DNA of 64,000 nucleotides from a virus: the IMG/VR virus record IMGVR_UViG_3300050821_017570, positions 32,001 to 96,000 of that record. One strand, written 5' to 3'. The position numbers were made by a program, and so were the translations under genes. Positions within the stretch are counted from its first letter, which is position 1, and each line of letters starts with the position of its first letter. This document shows positions 45,633 through 53,429 of this stretch, one piece after another. Under the pieces are notes generated by a model. That model saw only the letters and a program-made list of their open reading frames with translations. It had not been told where the DNA came from and did no database searches.

Positions 45633-46116
45633 TGTCGTCATCCTCAGGTTCATCGTAGTCTTCATCCTCATCTTCATCTTCGTCTTGATCCTCATCACCA
45701 TCCGGATGGGGTGTGGCCGGTATGCCGCGGAACCACTCTTCATTACCCAGCTCGGGTTCCCAAATCAGCCGCACGAGTGAGAATGCTATCTCGTAGGTAC
45801 CACGAGCCTCCTCAGATCCGGTTGGGAAAAGGTAATAGGGTACCGATATCCGGGTATTGGGTGGCAGACAGCCAGTTAGCCAGTGGTACTCATCACCCTG
45901 ATAACCTATCCTGAAACCGCCGATATGACTGGTGGCCATTTCGGTTCCGTCGGGAGCCGAACTAAGCAACCAACCGAATACTCGGTCTTCATAGTCATCG
46001 CGATCCGGACTAATTATGACAGCCGTATACCGCTGGTCGAAGCATTGCCAGATCTGACCTTTCGATAGCAGTGGTAACGCTTCGTTTACCGGCTTTACAG
46101 CCCGTGTTCTCGTCAT
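45625..46116 (-). CDS. Dispersed GQIW-family protein with acidic tail
   Basis: LSKGQIWQCFDQRY ... SLVRLIWEP + poly-D/E. Confidence 0.7.
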   Translation of the reverse strand: MTRTRAVKPVNEALPLLSKGQIWQCFDQRYTAVIISPDRDDYEDRVFGWLLSSAPDGTEMATSHIGGFRIGYQGDEYHWLTGCLPPNTRISVPYYLFPTGSEEARGTYEIAFSLVRLIWEPELGNEEWFRGIPATPHPDGDEDQDEDEDEDEDYDEPEDDDNA

Positions 46117-46167
46117 AGGTTGCCCTTATTCCTATTGTATTGGTTTTTTGATTCATATCATATCGCA

Positions 46168-46776
46168 ATGCATACTAAAATTTGCACCAAGTGTAAGACG
46201 CCTCTGCCGCTAAGTATGTTTCATAAGCATACTAACGCAAAAGACGGGCACCGTGCGAGATGTAAAGCCTGCATATCGGTGGCGAGCGAAATTTACTATC
46301 AGAAAAATGAAGCACGTATAAAAGAACGTGTAAACGCGTCTCGCGTTGAACATCCTGACCGTAAACAGGCTACAAATCGAGCATACAGGAAAAATAACCG
46401 TGCTAAGAAAAATGAGTGGGCTAAAAAGTGGTTAGCTGAAAAATATCATTCAGATATCGAATTCAAGCTGACTAGTGGGCTGAGGTGCCGCTTATATCAA
46501 GCTCTTAAAAATAGTCACAAAGCCGCTGCAACATTAGAACTCTTAGGGTGTACTATCAGTGAATTAAAAATACACCTAGAATCGAAATTTTTACCTGGCA
46601 TGACTTGGGAAAACCACACACGTGATGGCTGGCATGTAGATCACATCATCCCGTGTGCTGCATTCGACCTCACCAAAGAGGAAGAGCAGCGTAAGTGTTT
46701 CCACTACACAAACTTGCAGCCATTGTGGTGGTTTGACAATATTAAAAAAGCCGCAACGATACCATATTCACACTAA
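46168..46776 (+). CDS. HNH homing endonuclease
   Basis: CTKC..KDGHRARCKAC; LLGC..L..HLE.KF..GMTWEN..WHVDHI.P..CFHYTNLQPLW; AT-rich; only credible + strand gene. Confidence 0.85.
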   Translation: MHTKICTKCKTPLPLSMFHKHTNAKDGHRARCKACISVASEIYYQKNEARIKERVNASRVEHPDRKQATNRAYRKNNRAKKNEWAKKWLAEKYHSDIEFKLTSGLRCRLYQALKNSHKAAATLELLGCTISELKIHLESKFLPGMTWENHTRDGWHVDHIIPCAAFDLTKEEEQRKCFHYTNLQPLWWFDNIKKAATIPYSH

Positions 46777-47334
46777 TCTAACAGGTGCATAGTGATCTGG
46801 TATATATTGGTCGGCTAATACGAACCTTTCTCCTGTAGGATGAAACCCCCATTTGCGAATACGTGGGCCTGTCGTTACAAGCGACCATGTGTTTGGCTTA
46901 AGCCGGCACACAGAGTGCAGATCCGTTGCTTCGTGTTCAATTGTGTCACCAGCAACATGTTCATGAACATGTTGACTAATACGAGGGCCTAACACCGAAC
47001 CTAGCTTCCACGTCGACACCGGCAACTGTTCGCTATACCCTCCATTTAAAAGATGAGTGCGAAACCACCACGGATGGTCGTGTAGGCTGGGGTCGGTATC
47101 TGGACGAAAAAATCTATGAATCATGGTGGAATTAGCTGACTGCAATCCACCGTCCTCAGAATCAATCAAAGGCTTTGTGAGCCAACAACGAAGCATATAA
47201 GCGTCATTGTCGCTGCGAGATGTAATAATGATAAAATGGTGCTGTTGAATGGCTTGAAATGCCGCCTGTTCCCACCATTTGGCAGAATCAGACCATTTGG
47301 TCTCAGCTAGCTCTAGCACTTGTTCTGGTTTCAT
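46768..47334 (-). CDS. Cupin-fold protein
   Basis: LHDHPWWF..L.GGYSE..H.V......WSLV.TGP..WGF; AT-richer than flanks. Confidence 0.65.
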   Translation of the reverse strand: MKPEQVLELAETKWSDSAKWWEQAAFQAIQQHHFIIITSRSDNDAYMLRCWLTKPLIDSEDGGLQSANSTMIHRFFRPDTDPSLHDHPWWFRTHLLNGGYSEQLPVSTWKLGSVLGPRISQHVHEHVAGDTIEHEATDLHSVCRLKPNTWSLVTTGPRIRKWGFHPTGERFVLADQYIPDHYAPVRLV

Positions 47335-47351
47335 ATCTACCCCTCAAATAG

Positions 47352-47377
47352 AAAAAGGCCCCCTTGCGGAGGCCTTT
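47352..47377 (-). terminator. Rho-independent terminator
   Basis: AGGCC..GGCCT stem followed by TTTT on minus strand. Confidence 0.7.
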
Positions 47378-47380
47378 CGA

Positions 47381-48400
47381 TCAGGTTGTCGCTGGCGGTT
47401 GTATAGGTTCAGCAGCTGGTTTAGCCTCACCAGCCGGGACAAGCGTTGCGGTATAGTTGGCCGCAGCCTTCAGGGCACCAAACACATTGGTTGACTGATC
47501 AAACGGTTCCAACACCGGTTGCAGGGCTGGAATCATCGTCATGGCTTCCTTGAGTACCGTGCGGATCAGCTCGGGCTCAGCCGTCTTGTTGGCGGCCAGG
47601 AACTGTAGCTTGGCATTGAAGTTCAGAAGCAGCTCCTCAGCCGTAACCGTCACGGTCGGAACCAGCACGGTCGTCCGGTAGTGCTTACGGGTCGCATCCT
47701 CGTTCAGCTGCATGCGTAGCCACTCACACGCCACGCCTGCCAGGTCCTCAATCTTGAAGTCACCTGATAGGTCAGGCTGCAGCTTCAGCTCGGGATTCTC
47801 CATACCGAACCGAACCAGCCGCATATCGAGCTTAGGACACTGGATGCAGGCCAGCTTCAGCACATTCAGAAGATCGGTCTGGGCCTGCTGGAAAGGTCCC
47901 ATTTCGCCGATGTCACGTGCTGCATTGAAACGCTTGATGTAGTCGGACAGGGCTTCGAAGTTATCCACCATCTTGGCACGCTCGTACTCGGTCAGATCGA
48001 CCGTCGCGTCTGCCGCAGCCCCGCTCTGAACGCCACTGATCAGCTTCTCGACTCGGAACGCGCCTTCGAAATCCGTCATCTTGGCCAGCTTGAAATCCTG
48101 GGCCCAAAACAACCGTGACGCAGTAGTTGGGTAGAAGCCAGTGCCGTCATCCTTACCAATTGGCTGGTAGTGGTTCTCACCCAGCTTGGCAAACACAACA
48201 CCGTTTTCGATCAAGATGCCGGTCTGACGCCACAGGAAGTTCTCATCCTTGCGGGTCACCAGCATCGAGCCCTCATTGGCCGCCAGCACGTCCTGCAGCA
48301 TACCAAGCCACGCATAGAGCGCGGTCCGATTGGTCGCTGCCGTCTCTGGGGTGATGGAGTCGATAACGAGAGGTGTCTTCTTGCCAGTCTGGTCAGTCAT
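47381..48400 (-). CDS. Hypothetical protein
   Basis: 339-aa ORF with strong coding composition; AAAGG RBS. Confidence 0.65.
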   Translation of the reverse strand: MTDQTGKKTPLVIDSITPETAATNRTALYAWLGMLQDVLAANEGSMLVTRKDENFLWRQTGILIENGVVFAKLGENHYQPIGKDDGTGFYPTTASRLFWAQDFKLAKMTDFEGAFRVEKLISGVQSGAAADATVDLTEYERAKMVDNFEALSDYIKRFNAARDIGEMGPFQQAQTDLLNVLKLACIQCPKLDMRLVRFGMENPELKLQPDLSGDFKIEDLAGVACEWLRMQLNEDATRKHYRTTVLVPTVTVTAEELLLNFNAKLQFLAANKTAEPELIRTVLKEAMTMIPALQPVLEPFDQSTNVFGALKAAANYTATLVPAGEAKPAAEPIQPPATT

Positions 48401-48443
48401 TGGGTACCTTTGGTGGCCCCATCATGACGGATTTTACGCTACG

Positions 48444-49040
48444 TCAACTAGGTTTTGGATGCTTTTCCAACAGCATGTGAATGATCTGTTCGGGCGTTGC
48501 GTGTGGATTGTTCAGCAGGATCTGCTGCATCACCTTATCGAGCCGCACCGCATCAACCCCCAGCTGACCCAACGCTAACGCCACGGTCGTGGACCGTGGG
48601 TCCGAAGGGAGCAGTGAAAGCCCCTTGGTGGCTAACGTTTCGACAATCGCCGTAAGCGGCTTGGGCCCAAATCCCTTAACCACCTCACGCAGCTCATCAA
48701 TCGAACGTGATTGCACCGCACGACCGATTCGCTCGATTCCGGCCTGTGTGACAAAGCTATGCGCTTTAGAGGGTCCTATCCCGTCGGTCTTTGCCACCAG
48801 CTTGGCCAGTTCACGATCGTGTACATCAGGAAACCCAAACAAAACGTCCTGACCTGCCAATTCACTGAATACGTGCCAAATCCAAACCCCAGTATTGGGT
48901 TTGGCGAACAGCTGATCGAATCCTGGCCACACCCGAATCTCGTACCCAACCGCATAACCCGCAACCGAACAGACCTGCAGGATGGCTGATGTTGAATCAG
49001 GCGACACCCAGATAGGGCAACCGATCAGATAGCCGATCAT
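48444..49040 (-). CDS. ruvA: Holliday junction branch-migration protein RuvA
   Basis: MIGYLIG..VGYEI..LFGF..DGIGPSKA..KGFGPK HhH pair..ALALGQLG. Confidence 0.8.
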   Translation of the reverse strand: MIGYLIGCPIWVSPDSTSAILQVCSVAGYAVGYEIRVWPGFDQLFAKPNTGVWIWHVFSELAGQDVLFGFPDVHDRELAKLVAKTDGIGPSKAHSFVTQAGIERIGRAVQSRSIDELREVVKGFGPKPLTAIVETLATKGLSLLPSDPRSTTVALALGQLGVDAVRLDKVMQQILLNNPHATPEQIIHMLLEKHPKPS

Positions 49041-49041
49041 G

Positions 49042-49293
49042 TTAGACTTTCTTCAGTTTGCGTTTCACTGGCTTTGAAGGTACCTGCACGGGGAGAGCGG
49101 CGGTCGGAAGTTGGACACCTGTATGGTTGAAGACCAACAGGCTCACCACGGGGTCAACCTCGGGGCGCCGCATCGCAATCAGGAGGGCCCCACCCGACAT
49201 GTTGAGTCTCATCGCTATCGTGGCCTGCCACAAACTACCATACCGGGTAACCAGAACGGCTCGTGCCTGCTCAACCAACCCATCGTGTTCCAT
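49042..49293 (-). CDS. Hypothetical protein
   Basis: ORF tiling. Confidence 0.45.
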   Translation of the reverse strand: MEHDGLVEQARAVLVTRYGSLWQATIAMRLNMSGGALLIAMRRPEVDPVVSLLVFNHTGVQLPTAALPVQVPSKPVKRKLKKV

Positions 49294-49329
49294 GCCTGGC
49301 AGTAAATCACGAGGGGGCTAGATGTCCAA

Positions 49330-49365
49330 CCAAAACAACTAACCCCAGGAACATCCTGGGGTTAG
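49330..49365 (-). terminator. Rho-independent terminator
   Basis: CTAACCCCAGGA/TCCTGGGGTTAG 12-bp stem followed by TTGTTTT. Confidence 0.75.
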
Positions 49366-49392
49366 ACACTACCTTACATGGATAGCGTTTTG

Positions 49393-49713
49393 TCACTCTT
49401 CTAGCACGGTCACACAGCAGACCGTTTGATCGTCGTAGCGCAGATAGATGTCGTTGGCGGGCATTTCAGGCTCAACCATCAATGTGACACCGCACAGTTT
49501 CCTGGCTTGCTCGAAATCAACGTACTGGTCAGGCACAAGCGTGCTGCTAAGTCGACCCACAAATCCCGGGCTGGTATGCCAGCTACAATGCGTTTCCACC
49601 TCAGGGCGAATGTCCGGGCCTACATGACTGTAGGTGTGCTTCAGTGCGTTTAAGAGAGTCTCTCGTAACGACTGACTCCCCCAACGACACATTAGCTGCT
49701 GGAACGGAATCAT
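49393..49713 (-). CDS. Hypothetical protein
   Basis: TAATG-coupled start MIPFQQ. Confidence 0.45.
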   Translation of the reverse strand: MIPFQQLMCRWGSQSLRETLLNALKHTYSHVGPDIRPEVETHCSWHTSPGFVGRLSSTLVPDQYVDFEQARKLCGVTLMVEPEMPANDIYLRYDDQTVCCVTVLEE

Positions 49714-50039
49714 TAGGTCGCCGGAGTCGTAGCGGTGGCAGGGACGGTGGAGGCCGGCACCGCGTGCTTGATCGTCAGGCCCTGCAGGTAGGTCTGGCAG
49801 ACCTGATTCACGACCGCCTCGATGATGCGGAAGATACAGTAGACCTGCGCGCCCCACTTGAGCGTCTCCAGCACAACGGTCTGTTGGCCCCAAAAGAGCC
49901 AGGTACCGAGACCGGTCGCAGCCGCGATGGCCAGAAACTTGGTTGAGAACACGCCGGTCGGTAGATCCTTGGCGACGATCGACTTAATCTTCGCGGAGAT
50001 CGTATCGAAGACCTGGGACAGATGAGGGAAGCTGAGCAT
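49713..50039 (-). CDS. Holin-like membrane protein
   Basis: AAGGA RBS; hydrophobic helices; near 3D-domain gene. Confidence 0.4.
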   Translation of the reverse strand: MLSFPHLSQVFDTISAKIKSIVAKDLPTGVFSTKFLAIAAATGLGTWLFWGQQTVVLETLKWGAQVYCIFRIIEAVVNQVCQTYLQGLTIKHAVPASTVPATATTPAT

Positions 50040-50053
50040 TGGATATCCTTGGG

Positions 50054-50674
50054 TTAGAATTGAATTGAGAGGGAAGCGTATGGCATGAAATGGGAATGTC
50101 CACTGTGGTAGTCCCACACCTCACCCACACCGGCTCCAAGATGCTCCCAGTAATGACCGAACAGCTCAGCTGGCGGAAACACCGAAATCCCAACACCAGC
50201 GGCCTCACGACCAATCAGCAGGTCAGGTGAAAAAAGGTCAAATACGCGAGCGTCTGAGATCCTGACACCTACGTCGACCCGACTATCACCATCAGCTAGC
50301 GAACCATTCAACATGACACCCATGTAGGTGCCGACGTCAAGCCCCACGTAGAGCTGTGGAACCTGTCTGGTGTCCTTAACCGTGTAGTCTTTTAGCGCCG
50401 GATCGTTTGGGTCCGTATAGATCTCACCGGCGGACTCGTACAGCGTGAGGTCTGGCTCCAGGGGAGCCTTGGGGTCCTGATTCGTATGCTTGATCACAAT
50501 CACGTGATCAATGTCGTTGTGGCGGCGTACCCCGACGGGTTTCGATACCGTCGGAACAATGGTCTTGCCATCAATCGTACCGATTGGCTTCGCGATCACA
50601 TTGACGAAGGCGATCCAGCAGCCCACTAGGATCAACCCGATCATTACAACACGACCAATCGCATCCTGATTCAT
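50054..50674 (-). CDS. Membrane-anchored protein (lysis/spanin-like?)
   Basis: N-terminal TM; beta-rich C-terminus ending in F. Confidence 0.45.
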   Translation of the reverse strand: MNQDAIGRVVMIGLILVGCWIAFVNVIAKPIGTIDGKTIVPTVSKPVGVRRHNDIDHVIVIKHTNQDPKAPLEPDLTLYESAGEIYTDPNDPALKDYTVKDTRQVPQLYVGLDVGTYMGVMLNGSLADGDSRVDVGVRISDARVFDLFSPDLLIGREAAGVGISVFPPAELFGHYWEHLGAGVGEVWDYHSGHSHFMPYASLSIQF

Positions 50675-50684
50675 AGGCTGCTCA

Positions 50685-51074
50685 TTATGGAGAGTCGTAC
50701 ACCTTTATCCACATGTGCTTGACCCCATAGTCGACCGCATCATCAAACGTCGGAAGCCGTAGATCGATATGAAGGATATGATGGGCGCGCCAATCACGCC
50801 GCATGGCTGAACCGGTGTCATCGACAACCGTCACCCCGTATCCCGGAACCTCTATCTTGGTGTGATAGGGGATGGCGCGTGGATCGGCAGCCACACCACG
50901 AACGTAACGCCCAGCTATGTGCCGGCCATCACCAGTGATATGGGTCAACGGATAACAGCACTCCTCGCAGTCCGCGTAAGCGGTCACCAGAGCGTATTCC
51001 CAGTGAAACGATGGCTCATCTGCCGCCCACAAACGGGTCAGAAGAACCAGGAGGCTTAGCAGGCTTAATCTCAT
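50685..51074 (-). CDS. Signal-peptide 3D-domain protein (lytic transglycosylase-like, candidate endolysin)
   Basis: VTAY..C..C..T.DG..VAADPR.IPY.T.IEVPGYG..VVDDTG..IDL..A..YG. Confidence 0.8.
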   Translation of the reverse strand: MRLSLLSLLVLLTRLWAADEPSFHWEYALVTAYADCEECCYPLTHITGDGRHIAGRYVRGVAADPRAIPYHTKIEVPGYGVTVVDDTGSAMRRDWRAHHILHIDLRLPTFDDAVDYGVKHMWIKVYDSP

Positions 51075-51600
51075 GGTTCTTCCTTTCAGCGGCACGTTCG
51101 GCCGCAAGCTTGGCAGTTGATCTCTTATGACAGGGCACGCACAGCGTGGCAATACCCTCTAACCCGCACTCACCGCCTCCACGACAAACTGGTACCAAGT
51201 GCTCGGCTTCCCACCAGTCACGCTCAACCGTAGCGGGCCAACCATCTTGTTTCCACTGCTCACCAAGCCGTTTGGCAATCTCGTACCCCTTTGGTGACCA
51301 GACGCGTGGGTTACCCGCTGCTTCGAATGCTGCTCTGAGTTCGAGCCTCGCATCCTGTTGGCGTTTAACCGTGTCTATACCACAGCTCTTGCAAATGCCA
51401 GAATCACGGCCAAACACACAGCTACGCATGTAGCCGACATTGGATCGAATCTGCCACTCATGCACGCATTCGTCGCTACACCAGGATCGGCGAGGCGGTG
51501 TCACTTCCGTCTTACACCACCAGCATAGTAGGTGACCATTGGGCCCCCTGGGCCGCTTACTCATTGGGGGTAGCTTGCGAGCGACCCGGCGGGTACTCAT
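51016..51600 (-). CDS. HNH endonuclease
   Basis: CWWC..WCSDEC; RDSGICKSCG; EAEHLVPV..GG..LCVPCH. Confidence 0.8.
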   Translation of the reverse strand: MSTRRVARKLPPMSKRPRGPNGHLLCWWCKTEVTPPRRSWCSDECVHEWQIRSNVGYMRSCVFGRDSGICKSCGIDTVKRQQDARLELRAAFEAAGNPRVWSPKGYEIAKRLGEQWKQDGWPATVERDWWEAEHLVPVCRGGGECGLEGIATLCVPCHKRSTAKLAAERAAERKNHEIKPAKPPGSSDPFVGGR

Positions 51601-51607
51601 GCGGTCA

Positions 51608-51982
51608 CTATAGGTCAGCTAGAGGGTCTGCAAGCCCGTCTGTGGGCTCCGCAGGCTTCTCTGGTGGCTTTGGTGCTTTACGCGACTTGCGTGGCACCCG
51701 AGGCTTCTGGGAGGGCTTGGCGTAGCCTTCCCAGGGGTCGGTCCACACATCATTATCGGTGTGCTTGGCTGGCAGCCCATCCGCGTACCCCCAGAGCCCA
51801 CACTGGGCCTGGCCCACCAGTGGGCACTGCCGCAGCGTCTCTACCACCTCCTCTGGAGAGATCCCACAGTAGCGGGCCAGCTCTCCAGAGGACCTGCCGA
51901 TGATCCGGTAGTTTCGCGTCTCAGCCAAATGGATGAGACGCTGAATCCCAGGATTATCGCGGGGATGTAATTTTCGGCTCAT
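51608..51982 (-). CDS. Hypothetical protein, possible HTH
   Basis: ELARYCGISPEEV. Confidence 0.45.
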   Translation of the reverse strand: MSRKLHPRDNPGIQRLIHLAETRNYRIIGRSSGELARYCGISPEEVVETLRQCPLVGQAQCGLWGYADGLPAKHTDNDVWTDPWEGYAKPSQKPRVPRKSRKAPKPPEKPAEPTDGLADPLADL

Positions 51983-52292
51983 ACTTCGAGATACTCAGGT
52001 CCTTCGTGAGCCGAACCGCCATCGCGTAGGGGTGTAGGACCGTGCGGCGCTGAGCCGCCCTGTGGAGCAGGTCAGTAATCTCGGGCGGCATGGCCTCGGA
52101 TTCGACATCACAGTCCGATACCGTGCTGTCGTAGTACTGCTCTAGGATCTCAAGATCCGTCTCCTCTAAGTCCGCCGAACCATTCTCGGTCAGATAGACC
52201 AGGAAATCGAACGCCATGGCGGACCGACAGAACTGCACGAGCATCGACACATCACGCGAAATCAACTTGGTTTGAGCGGCTTTATCTTCCAC
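51954..52292 (-). CDS. Hypothetical protein
   Basis: ORF tiling. Confidence 0.5.
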   Translation of the reverse strand: MEDKAAQTKLISRDVSMLVQFCRSAMAFDFLVYLTENGSADLEETDLEILEQYYDSTVSDCDVESEAMPPEITDLLHRAAQRRTVLHPYAMAVRLTKDLSISKYEPKITSPR

Positions 52293-52295
52293 GGT

Positions 52296-52751
52296 TTAAC
52301 CTTCAGCCGCGGCGGCCATGTTCTCGACCGACGTGGGGATAAAAATGGTACGACGACGAGCCATCAGGCCAGCCATGCGATCACCAGATGCGGTAGGACT
52401 CACATGGTTGGCAAACCACGCGGGAGTGGTTTCGGCAAGGCAACCGATCAGGTCGATATTCTCACGGACCTGACGGCCAGCGCGGCGATAGCATCCTGAG
52501 GTATTCCGGTAGGTATCCCGGTAGGTATAGCTAATCGTACTACCATAGTGGTCACGATTGTAGGGTCTACCGTCGTAATTCCAGGCGAATTCAGCATCGT
52601 AGACGTAGGCCAACAGGGCTATGGGGTCCCCACGCCGCTGGGTCACTTCGGTAATGATGGCCCTAGTGTCCTGCCCACGACATAACCAGATCTGACCAAC
52701 CTTTGGAGTCGGAAGTTCGACTTTTTCACTGCTAGTTCGACGACGAGCCAT
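52296..52751 (-). CDS. Dispersed GQIW-family protein
   Basis: PKVGQIWLCRGQ..RAII ... DLIGCL; flanked by 15-bp direct repeat. Confidence 0.7.
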   Translation of the reverse strand: MARRRTSSEKVELPTPKVGQIWLCRGQDTRAIITEVTQRRGDPIALLAYVYDAEFAWNYDGRPYNRDHYGSTISYTYRDTYRNTSGCYRRAGRQVRENIDLIGCLAETTPAWFANHVSPTASGDRMAGLMARRRTIFIPTSVENMAAAAEG

Positions 52752-53094
52752 CTAAGGCTCCTTTGGTTGGATGAAACACGTCATAAAGACGTTGGTAGAT
52801 ATCTTCAATCGACAGACCTGTATCCCAGAGAAGCAGCATATCGTCGACCCACGGGTATTGCTGTGTCATACGATTGAGCCATTCGGCATCGGCTCGCTTG
52901 TAGAGTACCAGGTGGATCAACAGGATCTCGTCACTGCAACGAGACTCTCGCGGATCCCTCGTACCGGCCAGCAGCTTATCGATTTCATAGGCTATCGCGC
53001 CAGGCGCAACGTATGGTCGATTCTCCTGATATACGACTGGCCCACGTTTGGCCAGACACAGTGCATTGAAATCGGGAATACTGTACTCACTCAT
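52732..53094 (-). CDS. Hypothetical protein
   Basis: ORF tiling. Confidence 0.5.
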   Translation of the reverse strand: MSEYSIPDFNALCLAKRGPVVYQENRPYVAPGAIAYEIDKLLAGTRDPRESRCSDEILLIHLVLYKRADAEWLNRMTQQYPWVDDMLLLWDTGLSIEDIYQRLYDVFHPTKGALDGSSSN

Positions 53095-53422
53095 CTAGGA
53101 GATCTCTTATCGGATCGGGGGTTGGTTCAACCGGTTTGGCAGCAGCGGGTGGCTCGGGCTCTGGCGCAAATTCCGCGTCCAGCAGGTCAGCCACCACGGG
53201 TGAGTCCCAACCCAGCTGGGCTCCGGCGGTCATGGCTGACACCTGAAACGGTGTAACGCCAAGCGCCTGATTCATCGCTAGGGCTCGTTCAGCCGTTTGG
53301 GCACCCGGGTAGGGTCGATAACCTCGACCGCCCAACATGATGACCCCAACTCGGCCTTCCTCAGGGACAAAAACATAGCAACGCGTTGGCAGACGTGCCA
53401 GCGTCTCGTGTATTTTTGACAT
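53087..53422 (-). CDS. Hypothetical protein
   Basis: N..LGVT..Q..AM..GA..GW pattern. Confidence 0.55.
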   Translation of the reverse strand: MSKIHETLARLPTRCYVFVPEEGRVGVIMLGGRGYRPYPGAQTAERALAMNQALGVTPFQVSAMTAGAQLGWDSPVVADLLDAEFAPEPEPPAAAKPVEPTPDPIRDLLDE

Positions 53423-53429
53423 AACACCT

